From assembly GCA_002305475.1 (NCBI GenBank), contig DBRB01000019.1:1-48334 (forward strand): DNA of 48,334 nucleotides, given 5' to 3'. Position 1 is the first letter of the stretch. Each line of letters begins with the position of its first letter. Positions 9,312-18,223 of this stretch are shown here, one piece after another. Both the position numbers and the translations under genes were made by a program. The notes below the pieces were generated by a model. That model saw only the letters and a program-made list of their open reading frames with translations. It was not told the DNA's origin and made no database searches. This DNA is from a candidate division WWE3 bacterium UBA1379. GTDB lineage: Bacteria > Patescibacteriota > WWE3 > UBA101185 > UBA10185.

Positions 9312-9944
9312 ATGAAAGAAATAAGGGGAAATAAAATAATTGAAATATCGGAAATTGATATATCCTGTTATAAAAAAGCCATACTGGACCTCGGAACAGG
9401 AGATGGTAGATTTGTATTCGAAAATGCAAAAAAAAATCCCGATACTCTATATGTGGGGGTAGATCCGAGTCAGAAACAACTGGAAATCTATTCCAAAAAA
9501 GCCGTTAAAAACCGCAAAAATAATGCCCGTTTTATTCTCGGATCGATTGAAATGCTTCCTGATGAGCTTAATGGTAAATTCGACGAAGTTTTCATAACGT
9601 TACCGTGGGGAACATTGCTTAAAACACTGGTTAATCCTACACAGGAAAATGTTGAAAAAATAAAATATCTATTTAAACCAAATAGCGCAGATACTCTTCT
9701 GCAAATAATATTCGGGTATGCACCTGATCTTGAACCGTCAGAAACAATAAGACTCAATATGCCGGGAATTAATGAATTTTATATTAAAGAAAATATTATT
9801 CCCAGTTTTTTTAAGGTAGGATTTGAATGTCTGGAAGTACATAAAATGGATAAAAATGATCTGACGAATATTGAAACCACCTGGGGAAAACGCCTGAGAT
9901 TCGGAGAAGATCGCACTTTTTACCGGCTAAGGTTTTCTCTCTAA
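9312..9944 (+). CDS. 16S rRNA (adenine1408-N1)-methyltransferase, NpmA/KamB family homolog
   Basis: LDLGTGDG SAM motif, VGVDP, LPWGTLL and TWGKRLRFG match NpmA motifs as I recall them (IDLGTGDG, IGIDP, FPWGTLL, LWAKRLAFG); similar length. Confidence 0.8.
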   Translation: MKEIRGNKIIEISEIDISCYKKAILDLGTGDGRFVFENAKKNPDTLYVGVDPSQKQLEIYSKKAVKNRKNNARFILGSIEMLPDELNGKFDEVFITLPWGTLLKTLVNPTQENVEKIKYLFKPNSADTLLQIIFGYAPDLEPSETIRLNMPGINEFYIKENIIPSFFKVGFECLEVHKMDKNDLTNIETTWGKRLRFGEDRTFYRLRFSL

Positions 9945-9968
9945 GTCACACATGTTACCATTTATTAA

Positions 9969-11360
9969 ATGATAATAAAGCCGCTTCAGACTAAAGAATT
10001 ACCAAAAGCCTTATCCTTAAGAAAATTAATCGGTCCCAGCTTTATTATTTTAGGTCTGGGCCTTGGTAGCGGAGAAGTAATCCTATGGCCTTATCTGGCG
10101 TCCAATTACGGTCTGGGTATTATCTGGGGAGCACTATTAGGTCTTACTTTCCAGTTCATTATGAATATGGAGATCGAACGCTATGCCTTGGTTCATGGGG
10201 AAAGTGTTTTTACCGGACTGGCTAGAAAACTCAAGTGGCTGCCTGTATGGTTTATTATTTCTACTTTTTTACCCTGGGTCTGGCCGGGAATTATTGCTTC
10301 TTCAGCAAAAATATTCGGATCTTTTTTCGGAATCACTGAAACCTCATATCTAGCTATGGCTTTTCTGATTTTAATAGGCCTGATTCTCTCTTTCGGACCT
10401 GTGTTATATAAAACAGTGGAAAATTTTCAGAAAATTCTGATCGGTATAGGTGTTCCATCAATTTTTATCCTAAGTATTATCCTAGCTAAGCAGGAGCACT
10501 GGGTAGCATTAATTAAGGGAATAGTCGGACAAGGGGAAGGCTACAGCTTTTTACCAGCCGGTCTTCCGATTGCCTCTTTTTTAGCTGCTCTTGCATATGC
10601 AGGTGCCGGAGGTAATCTAAACATTGCCCAATCTTTATATATAAAAGAAAAAGGATACGGTATGGGTAAATATGCAGGACGTATTACCAGCCTTCTGACC
10701 GGTAAAGCAGAAAACATCAGCTTAAGCGGAGCAAAATTTGAACCTACCCGGGATAACATCAAAGAATTCAAGCGCTGGTGGAAAAACGTAAATATTGAAC
10801 ATTTCGTGGTCTTCTGGCTGACAGGATCTATTACTATTGTGCTTCTTGCTCTGCTCTCTTATACCACCACCTTCGGATCGGGAGCTGACACCTCTGATAT
10901 TAATTTTCTCTTTGCGGAAGCTGAAGCAATTTCATCCCGTCTGATACCTTTTGCCGGTACATTCTTTCTTCTGGTTGCAGGCTTAATGCTATTTGGAACA
11001 CAGCTGACAGTCTTTGATGCCACCAGTAGGATTATTAGTGAGAATGTACTACTATCACCTAAACTGAGTCTTTCCGAAAAACAACTGCCTAAAGTTTATT
11101 ACACTATCCTCTGGATTCAGATTATTACTGGAATACTAATTTTCGCGTTCGGATTTACACAACCTCTGCAGCTTGTTATTCTCGCTGCCGTATTGAATGC
11201 GTTTGCTATGTTTATTCACGTCGGATTGACTTTGTGGTTAAATCTGTCCTCACTCGACAAACAGATAAGACCTGTATCTTTACGAATTATTGCTATGCTT
11301 CTTGCCTTCATGTTTTATGGGGGGTTCAGCATTTATACAATTATTACCAACATAAAATAA
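9969..11360 (+). CDS. Nramp-related (APC superfamily) transporter
   Basis: GPSFIILGLGLGSGE N-terminal motif, ERY...GES, about 11 TM helices. Confidence 0.8.
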   Translation: MIIKPLQTKELPKALSLRKLIGPSFIILGLGLGSGEVILWPYLASNYGLGIIWGALLGLTFQFIMNMEIERYALVHGESVFTGLARKLKWLPVWFIISTFLPWVWPGIIASSAKIFGSFFGITETSYLAMAFLILIGLILSFGPVLYKTVENFQKILIGIGVPSIFILSIILAKQEHWVALIKGIVGQGEGYSFLPAGLPIASFLAALAYAGAGGNLNIAQSLYIKEKGYGMGKYAGRITSLLTGKAENISLSGAKFEPTRDNIKEFKRWWKNVNIEHFVVFWLTGSITIVLLALLSYTTTFGSGADTSDINFLFAEAEAISSRLIPFAGTFFLLVAGLMLFGTQLTVFDATSRIISENVLLSPKLSLSEKQLPKVYYTILWIQIITGILIFAFGFTQPLQLVILAAVLNAFAMFIHVGLTLWLNLSSLDKQIRPVSLRIIAMLLAFMFYGGFSIYTIITNIK

Positions 11361-11403
11361 TAGCTGCCGTCTTTCCACAGCAGCCATTATTGTTTATTAT
11401 CCT

Positions 11404-11904
11404 TTACTTTACTCTCACCACTACACTTTTTGCTAGTTTATCATGCCACGTCTGTTTCTTTGCATCTCCAATCATCCAGAGATAACCGATAAATATTGGT
11501 AGTCCGGATAAAATCTTACCCACAGTTTCCCTCAAAAGGGCATCTACCCAGGTCAGATTTGCACCGGTTGTTTCATTTTGAACTCTAAGCCCGAGTGCCA
11601 TCTTACCTAATGTGGCTCCATATTGAACATCCATAAATATGAAATATGCCCAGCCCAGAATCTGGAAAGGATTGATAAATACAGGATTACCTTCCTGACC
11701 AGACCTAAAGATAATTGCATTAAGAAAACCAATTACTATGCCCACTAAAATGGCATCAATTATTGCGGCAATTAAACGTTGAAGGAAAGATGCATAGGGA
11801 GCTGAAGGCTGAGATTTTTGTTCGTTTTGTACCGGCTGTTCCTGAGGTGTCTGCTCCTCTGATGGAGTCTGTTCCTGAGGTACATTATTATTTTGTTCAT
11901 CCAT
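11404..11904 (-). CDS. RDD family membrane protein
   Basis: YASFLQRLIAAIID, GATLGKMALGLRV, KQTWHDKLA; SD-like GGGGGTGA before ATG 11904. Confidence 0.9.
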   Translation of the reverse strand: MDEQNNNVPQEQTPSEEQTPQEQPVQNEQKSQPSAPYASFLQRLIAAIIDAILVGIVIGFLNAIIFRSGQEGNPVFINPFQILGWAYFIFMDVQYGATLGKMALGLRVQNETTGANLTWVDALLRETVGKILSGLPIFIGYLWMIGDAKKQTWHDKLAKSVVVRVK

Positions 11905-11963
11905 TGATATCACCCCCTATATTAAAATTGTCACATAATTATAAGTAAAAGTACATAAAATGG

Positions 11964-12912
11964 TTAAATTTTGGTTGAAGTAATGGTAAGAAAACGGGAT
12001 AGTTTTTCCTCCAGTTTATTTTTAGGAATGATGGCAGATTATGCTTCTGTATTAACCCCAGTTTTTATTTTCACAGATTGGTCATATTTGTTCACCTGAC
12101 CGGATAAACCAATATATACAATATTTGTAACATTGATATAAGAGTCTGTCTTGTATTTTTTCGAAAATGGATAATATATAACTCTTTGATGAGGATTATT
12201 TCTTTCAAACAACCATTCACCTATTACTAGTTCGGCAAATGAATCGCATCTGTGTCCGTCCTAGGTTATATGCTTTTTTAAAAACATATTTAGGATTTGG
12301 TGTAAATCCGACTGCGATAATTGCATTATTCCAGGTTCCAAATCCTAATCTTGCCTGTCTGTTTAACACGTGTATATCAGATTTAATAGGTATCCTATTA
12401 TGCTCATGTACAAATTGGCGTATTCTTTTTTATCGCGAAAGTTTGATAATATGTTGTGTCTTTTTTTAATCCTTTTCCTGCACACTTTTTAGAACAATAT
12501 TTCTTCCTGTCATATAGTATTACCCAACATTTAGGATTCCTGCATTTTTTGGGGATATCTAAAGTATTATCAATATTTATTTCTTTAATTTTACGTTTAT
12601 AACGAGTAACTTTCCAAATGCGGTTGTTATTTATTGCGGCACATTTACTTGAACAATAGTTACCATATTTTCCAATTTCACTAAATTGCGTTACTATCGT
12701 ATTTCCACATTCAGGATTTGCACAAATAAGTTATACGCTCTTATTTTTTTATTTAGAATAGCATTCATTGCTACAATGGAATTTCCATTTATTTTATTAG
12801 ATTCATTATAGCGTTTTAAGTCTGTTTCAAAGGATTTATTACAATAATTACAATATACATTAATAAGTGTGGGTGTTGGATTTAATATACGAATAAAACA
12901 CAAACATGTCAA
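11964..12912 (-). pseudogene. Frameshifted multi-zinc-finger / homing-endonuclease-associated-repeat / nuclease-like gene
   Basis: Fragments in different frames: CNYCNKSF, CANPEC..YCSSKC, CRNPKC..YCSKKC, RIPIK..FGTWNNAIIAVG, DGHRCDSFAELVIGEWL. In-frame TAG at 12261-12263 and several frameshifts. Confidence 0.75.
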
Positions 12913-12973
12913 TATTTTTATTTTATGAAATTATGTTATTATGTCTTGGATTAAAAGTCACAAATTATGTTTC

Positions 12974-13049
12974 CGGGGTGTGGCGCAGTTGATAGCGCGC
13001 CGCTATGGGGTAGCGGAGGTCGCAGGTTTAAGTCCTGTCACCCCGACCA
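12974..13049 (+). tRNA. tRNA-Pro (GGG) with encoded CCA
   Basis: Cloverleaf: acceptor CGGGGTG/CACCCCG, D stem GCGC/GCGC, anticodon stem CCGCT/AGCGG with loop ATGGGGT, T stem GCAGG/CCTGT, ACCA end. Confidence 0.95.
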
Positions 13050-13110
13050 ATATCTATTGGAACTCAATATAACTTCTATTACTCTTATTTCTGATATATA
13101 ATAGAACCAA

Positions 13111-13932
13111 GTGAAAAACAAGACACAATTTGGTTATGCCCATATAGGAATAATAGCGTTATTTGGGTTAATTATATCTTTCAGTCTATATATACTTCTT
13201 AAAAATATACCTCAACTAAATAAATTGGATACAGTTTCTACCGAAATAAGCAAGGAAAATGAAGACTTAGAAAATAGTATCCAAATTGTAAACATGGATT
13301 ATTACATCATAACTCAAACCACTTTAAACAATAACCCATTAATAATCGCATCTACAGATAGAAGCAGGAATTGTTCTCCATACCTTGGTAATACATGCTA
13401 TATATTTTACAAGGAAGATTCAAATACTAAGATTCTGGGGGAAATTGCAAATTTCCATGAACTAGAAAATATAAATGGTAGTGTTCATATATATACACAA
13501 TATGGTGAAGGACTTAACGCAATTGTAGAGTTATTCATCATAAGTGGAGTAACTCAGAACATAAATTTAGAAATTGAATATAGTTATAAGGGTATGGGAT
13601 ATCCAAAAGAGTATGAAAAACCAGTGAACATATCTTGTAATAATTATGATATATCCGATATAGGTACTTATAGGCTTAGCAAATTTGATCAAACGTACCA
13701 TCTTGTTTTATGTGGTACAAATAAAATATTAATTGGTGACAGAAATCAGACTTTTATCACCAAAGAATTGGAAAATCCCACCTCAAACTATAATGAAGAT
13801 ATGTTTAGTCGTATGAAAACCGTTGTACAAAAAAATTATGATGATCCTAACAAAATCTACTTTACATTAAGTGATCGTTTTATAATCTTAGATCCCAACT
13901 TTAATAAAATAGAAATTGTGAATTCCCTTTAA
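13111..13932 (+). CDS. Hypothetical N-terminally anchored exported protein
   Basis: 273-aa ORF, very AT-rich, N-terminal TM preceded by a pilin-like FGYAHI segment. Confidence 0.7.
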   Translation: MKNKTQFGYAHIGIIALFGLIISFSLYILLKNIPQLNKLDTVSTEISKENEDLENSIQIVNMDYYIITQTTLNNNPLIIASTDRSRNCSPYLGNTCYIFYKEDSNTKILGEIANFHELENINGSVHIYTQYGEGLNAIVELFIISGVTQNINLEIEYSYKGMGYPKEYEKPVNISCNNYDISDIGTYRLSKFDQTYHLVLCGTNKILIGDRNQTFITKELENPTSNYNEDMFSRMKTVVQKNYDDPNKIYFTLSDRFIILDPNFNKIEIVNSL

Positions 13933-14001
13933 CATTCGAAATTTTAATTATTTTAAGAAATGATTTAATTTTTAGTATATAGAATGGGTTATAATTTCTA
14001 C

Positions 14002-14721
14002 ATGGCAATAAACCCAGCTATACATTCAATTGTTCGTGAATACGGTTCTAGCGGCCAGGATAATCAAATTGATGAAACAGATCTTAGGTATCCATATAAA
14101 ACTGCTGAATCTAAATGCAATCTTAACAGACAGGGTATTAGACACTTAGGCTCTCTTAATAACTTACTGCCGAAAAACCCTTCAGATAAAGAACGTACAG
14201 AACATTTTAAGCAAGCGAAAGAGATTCATAAGATATTGGAACAAATATATGGAGAAAATTATAAAATTGTTAAGCAGGGTATCCTGGCAGAAGTTTTTGT
14301 AGTTACTGCACTAAAAGATCTGGGGTTTGAAGTATATCAACCTACCATCAGAGATGATGCAACAGGAAAGATTGATTGCTGGGCAAATACAAAAGACGGA
14401 ATACTATGTGCCGTACAAGTTAAATCAAGTGCATTTATTAGCGAAATTGAAGTAATAAATCCTGACGCTGACGAAGATTATATTATTGACGAATCTGTTA
14501 CAGATTATCGTAAGGATATGCAAACAATGCTTGATTATATTTCTACCGAGGTAAATTTACCCGATAATATGAAGATTAAACCATTACTTATCATAGTGCC
14601 GGGTGGGGAAAATAATGAGGATGCAATTTATAATCAAACCACAGGTCTCCCGCTTTCGGGAGCAGCTGATAAATTGTATGAAAAAATTGAAAAGATTATT
14701 TACACTGATGAGGATTTTTAA
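14002..14721 (+). CDS. Putative PD-(D/E)XK-fold nuclease
   Basis: GILAE...DDATGKIDCW...AVQVKSS fits an E..D..QxK pattern; TATAAT 6 nt before ATG 14002. Confidence 0.55.
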   Translation: MAINPAIHSIVREYGSSGQDNQIDETDLRYPYKTAESKCNLNRQGIRHLGSLNNLLPKNPSDKERTEHFKQAKEIHKILEQIYGENYKIVKQGILAEVFVVTALKDLGFEVYQPTIRDDATGKIDCWANTKDGILCAVQVKSSAFISEIEVINPDADEDYIIDESVTDYRKDMQTMLDYISTEVNLPDNMKIKPLLIIVPGGENNEDAIYNQTTGLPLSGAADKLYEKIEKIIYTDEDF

Positions 14722-14760
14722 TTCAGATTAAACTTGCGTCTGTGCATAAGTAAAAACAAT

Positions 14761-14805
14761 AAAAAAAAGGAGATACTCAGACATACTTACGTCTAAATAT
14801 CTCCT
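14761..14805 (-). terminator. Intrinsic terminator between convergent genes
   Basis: AGGAGATA...TATCTCCT inverted repeat with an 8-T run on the minus strand. Confidence 0.7.
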
Positions 14806-14834
14806 CAAAGAAAAAACTAGTCGATTATCCCTCC

Positions 14835-15134
14835 TTACAATTTCAACACTCCATACGTCTGAATGATTGTTGCAATCACTGACATTAACCCAAACAGTTG
14901 AGCTAGCAACATACGTATTCTGAAGGAACCATCGTAAATAAGGAAGACTATCCTTTCTGTTACTCCCTCTAAGAACTCCGGTTCAGCTGCCTTTAAGTCA
15001 CGGTATACCATATACTCTTTGATAAAAAGAATTATCGAAAGAATACCTGTCACTTCGGGAAATATGTTGCCTGTTAAATGTGACAGGACAACAGTGATCC
15101 CTAATACGATGAAAATCGGAATAAATGGGTTCAT
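14835..15134 (-). CDS. Small membrane protein (3 TM)
   Basis: GGAGG SD before ATG 15134 (MNPFIP); hydrophobic segments. Confidence 0.7.
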   Translation of the reverse strand: MNPFIPIFIVLGITVVLSHLTGNIFPEVTGILSIILFIKEYMVYRDLKAAEPEFLEGVTERIVFLIYDGSFRIRMLLAQLFGLMSVIATIIQTYGVLKL

Positions 15135-15227
15135 GTTTTCCTCCAAGTTGTGTTTGGGGGATGGTATCTGAATAAATTTTCTCCACACACCTCCCCATTG
15201 CGGATTATGTCGATTGATCAATTGAAA

Positions 15228-15665
15228 TTACTTATACTCACCGATTAACTCCACGCTCCGGTTAGCCAAATTAACTCTGAAGGTGAAGTATTCATAACCC
15301 CGCGGACCTCTGATTTCGAGAGTGACGTAATAGTCATCACCCCTTCTAACTACTTCTGGGTGAATATCCATCAGTTCACGGGTTGTGTATTCCCTGTTTT
15401 TCTCCAACCAGCCGGTAACTGCATAAACGGCGGACCGGCGGCGTTCCTTATCGAATTCTGTAACTAATATGAATCGGGCACCTTCCCTTCTTAACCTTGC
15501 ACCGGAAGTACTGAAATATGCAAGAAAAAAACCCCGACTATAGTAATCACCCTCGATTGAATCAAACTCTTCAGGGGTGCTTACTACCTTAGATTCGACC
15601 GGGTTGATATTACTTTCCCGGTCTCTATATGATCTATAGGCCGTGATAGTTACTGTGATTTTCAT
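15228..15665 (-). CDS. Hypothetical protein (145 aa)
   Basis: GGAGG SD at 15676-15680; GC higher than its neighbours. Confidence 0.75.
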   Translation of the reverse strand: MKITVTITAYRSYRDRESNINPVESKVVSTPEEFDSIEGDYYSRGFFLAYFSTSGARLRREGARFILVTEFDKERRRSAVYAVTGWLEKNREYTTRELMDIHPEVVRRGDDYYVTLEIRGPRGYEYFTFRVNLANRSVELIGEYK

Positions 15666-15711
15666 GTTCTTTTATCCTCCATACAGTCTGCCTATTCAGT
15701 TATCAAGGTAC

Positions 15712-15734
15712 AAAAAACCGACCTGTTAGGTCGG
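15712..15734 (-). terminator. Intrinsic terminator within the 5' leader
   Basis: CCGACCT-AAC-AGGTCGG followed by TTTTTT on the minus strand. Confidence 0.75.
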
Positions 15735-15799
15735 ATATACACATTATCGTTCGAGGGGATTTCCTACGATCTGTAGAAAAAATCGTAAGAAACACAAAA

Positions 15800-15921
15800 A
15801 TCGCCCTTTTCTTATATAACCAACCTAAAGTACTTGGCCGGTCATAAGTTCTATAAGATCAAAACTTGCTTGGGAGCTTTCAGCTGCCACCCCAAACTTG
15901 TTCCCCTATAGACAAGGCGAT
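15800..15921 (-). ncRNA. Candidate multi-stem structured leader RNA or sRNA
   Basis: Closing stem ATCGCCTT/AAGGGCGAT; internal TTGGG/CCCAA, AGCT-GAA-AGCT and TATGACCGGCC/GGTTGGTTATA helices. Confidence 0.45.
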
Positions 15922-15958
15922 GTTAGTTAAACAGTATTCTTTTTTCAAGAACAACTAT

Positions 15959-15987
15959 AATGTATCACCCCATAGCGATTTTGTCGA
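15959..15987 (-). promoter_or_regulatory. Sigma70-type promoter
   Basis: TCGACA-17nt-TACATT with an extended TG. Confidence 0.55.
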
Positions 15988-16030
15988 TACCACAATATTA
16001 ATTATAATTTTTATGTAGTAATATTTATCT

Positions 16031-16231
16031 ATGAATAGAACTATACTTGCAATTGGAGTCCTTACATTTTTTATCACTATACCAGTGCTATATCTCTTTA
16101 ATACCTGTAAATCTGGAGGATTTATGGGAATAAATGAGTGTGACAGATGTAGAGGGATTAAGATATTAAAAAGCAGGGAAAGTTATGCGGATGGTTTTGA
16201 TACTTATTCCTGTATCGGGATTTTTAGATAA
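16031..16231 (+). CDS. Small TM protein with four Cys
   Basis: 66-aa ORF, N-terminal hydrophobic helix, C..CxxC..C pattern. Confidence 0.5.
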   Translation: MNRTILAIGVLTFFITIPVLYLFNTCKSGGFMGINECDRCRGIKILKSRESYADGFDTYSCIGIFR

Positions 16232-16305
16232 TCAAGATTACTTTTTGTTTCAATCCTAATACTTGGACATTATCTTGACCATTAGTATGTAGAATTATTT
16301 ATAAA

Positions 16306-18198
16306 ATGAATTGCTGCCAAAAAACACAATTTTCCGGATTTGTACGCATCACTTTTTTGATCTTTTTACTTATTCTAGTTATAGTAACTACTGCAATAGT
16401 ATACTTTAAGCTGAAGACTCCCAAGTCCATTTCAACCTATGTCACTGATTTGGGCTCCTTAATTAGAAACTCTCCTAGTTCTACAAAACATCAATCAGAT
16501 AATACAGCATCAGGACAGGAAGAAGTAAAACCCACGAATATAATCCCAACAGAAGACCTAACATTTCACTCACCTGTACAAATCGGAAAGTTCATGAAAA
16601 ATATCGATGAGGACAATAACCTCTATACTTTAGGTTGCTGTGAATATGAGTTGGAATTTTATAAAGTCGGAAAAGTGACAAAAGGAAAATACAAGGATTT
16701 TGAAATAATTAGAGGAGATTTTCGATTCTATGCGGTTCCAGGAAAAGGCCCAAAGAAGCATGAACCTTTCTATTTCAGATTCCTGAAAAAAGATAATAAT
16801 CTGATATTATTATCGTCAATTTCAAGCTATGATTTTATAAACTCAGACACCTATAATAAACCAAGCGAAGTAATACCGTGGAATATTACTGTAGATACCA
16901 CGACAACCTTAGAACCATTTGAAAGACATTCCGGATTTCAAATCACTGGAGGATCAATTGGTTATATTGACGAAGAACTTGGTAACCCTAATGAAATATT
17001 GTACAAACTTTTTTCCAACCCAGTTTTGGGGGAAGTATATACAACAAAAGTGAAATACAGTCCTCAGGAGCCTTTCTATGGGGGAGAAGATGATGACTAT
17101 CCATACAAAACTTCAGGCGGTTTCGGATACGGGAAGAATAGCTGTGTTAATACAGAATGCTATTATACTAACGCATTATTCATATTTAATCCCGACGGTA
17201 CTTTCAGAATATATGAATATCGACCAAACGATCTGTACGAAACAGTTAATATAAATAACCAAAATATCCTGATAAGTCCGGGATCCTACTATTCTACAGA
17301 AGATGACTTCCAGACTTATATCACAATTACAAAAACAGGATGTTCAGATAATAATGCAGATTATATAAGCATAATGGATCCCGCAGATGTATCAATAGAT
17401 GACTTGAAAACAATATCCGAATCGGGAAGAAAATACTATTTCTTCAAGAACAACGATCATCCCTATCTAAAACACTATTATGAAAAATATCTGTTGTATT
17501 TCCCCGATATGATTTCTTTCAGATTCCAAATCGACAAAAATACCAAACCATTAAGTTATTATAGTTTTATCGAAGCTCTTCCAGTTATTTTCACAGAAGA
17601 TGAATTTGGAAGATTAATCAGAATTACTAACTATACATTTATCCCGCCTTTTGCCTGTGAACCAATAATTTATTTGTATCCAGAGAAAGAAACACAAGTG
17701 GAAGTCAGCTTGGATACAAATAAAGTAAACATCATTACCTCAGATCCCGATTATGAAAAGTCCTGGATTGTAAATGCCAAACCTTCAGGCGAAGTCTCCA
17801 ACACAGAGGGTAAATATCCATATTTATTCTGGGAGGGTGTATTAAAAAGACTACCAAAAAGACAGGATGGTTTTGTTGTAGAAAGAGATAATGTTACTAA
17901 ATTCTTTAAAACAGAATTACCGAAATTAGGCTTGAGTCCACAAGAAACCAGAGATTTTATTGAAGCATGGGCTGATAAATTATCATACGCCCCCTATTAC
18001 TTTATTACCTTCCATTCTAAAGAAGTGATTGATGAATGGGCGCCATTGAAGATTAATCCCAAACCAGACACGGTGATTAGAGTACTAATGGAATACAAAC
18101 CATTGGTCAATAGAAAAACCGTACTAGAATTCAATTATCCTGATACCCCCCAAAGGAACGGATTTACAACTGTTGAATGGGGTGGAATTGAATACTGA
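16306..18198 (+). CDS. Membrane-anchored exported protein with a conserved uncharacterised C-terminal domain
   Basis: N-terminal TM; C-terminal PIIYLYP..YPYLFWEG..PKPDTVIRV..EWGG, a recurring hypothetical family. Confidence 0.8.
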   Translation: MNCCQKTQFSGFVRITFLIFLLILVIVTTAIVYFKLKTPKSISTYVTDLGSLIRNSPSSTKHQSDNTASGQEEVKPTNIIPTEDLTFHSPVQIGKFMKNIDEDNNLYTLGCCEYELEFYKVGKVTKGKYKDFEIIRGDFRFYAVPGKGPKKHEPFYFRFLKKDNNLILLSSISSYDFINSDTYNKPSEVIPWNITVDTTTTLEPFERHSGFQITGGSIGYIDEELGNPNEILYKLFSNPVLGEVYTTKVKYSPQEPFYGGEDDDYPYKTSGGFGYGKNSCVNTECYYTNALFIFNPDGTFRIYEYRPNDLYETVNINNQNILISPGSYYSTEDDFQTYITITKTGCSDNNADYISIMDPADVSIDDLKTISESGRKYYFFKNNDHPYLKHYYEKYLLYFPDMISFRFQIDKNTKPLSYYSFIEALPVIFTEDEFGRLIRITNYTFIPPFACEPIIYLYPEKETQVEVSLDTNKVNIITSDPDYEKSWIVNAKPSGEVSNTEGKYPYLFWEGVLKRLPKRQDGFVVERDNVTKFFKTELPKLGLSPQETRDFIEAWADKLSYAPYYFITFHSKEVIDEWAPLKINPKPDTVIRVLMEYKPLVNRKTVLEFNYPDTPQRNGFTTVEWGGIEY

Positions 18199-18223
18199 CA
18201 ACCAAAGAAATATACTAATTATC

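Noticed and set aside
9312-9944. TrmB tRNA m7G46 methyltransferase
   Set aside because: It lacks the TrmB FPDPW motif and has PWGTLL and WxKRL motifs characteristic of the NpmA/Kam family.
12239-12469. 76-aa + strand ORF
   Set aside because: Antisense shadow of the minus-strand zinc-finger nuclease pseudogene.
11964-12912. Stop-codon recoding or genetic code 25 as an explanation for the broken ORF
   Set aside because: The breaks include frameshifts, and TGA and TAG end well-supported genes elsewhere in the window.
15800-15921. c-di-AMP (ydaO) riboswitch, suggested by GGGGAAC..TTTGGGGTG
   Set aside because: The other conserved parts (5' GCTGAATCC, 3' CCCGTCAGCTAAC) are absent.
13050-18223. 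Prophage or integrative element at tRNA-Pro
   Set aside because: No integrase, phage structural genes or duplicated tRNA 3' end found.
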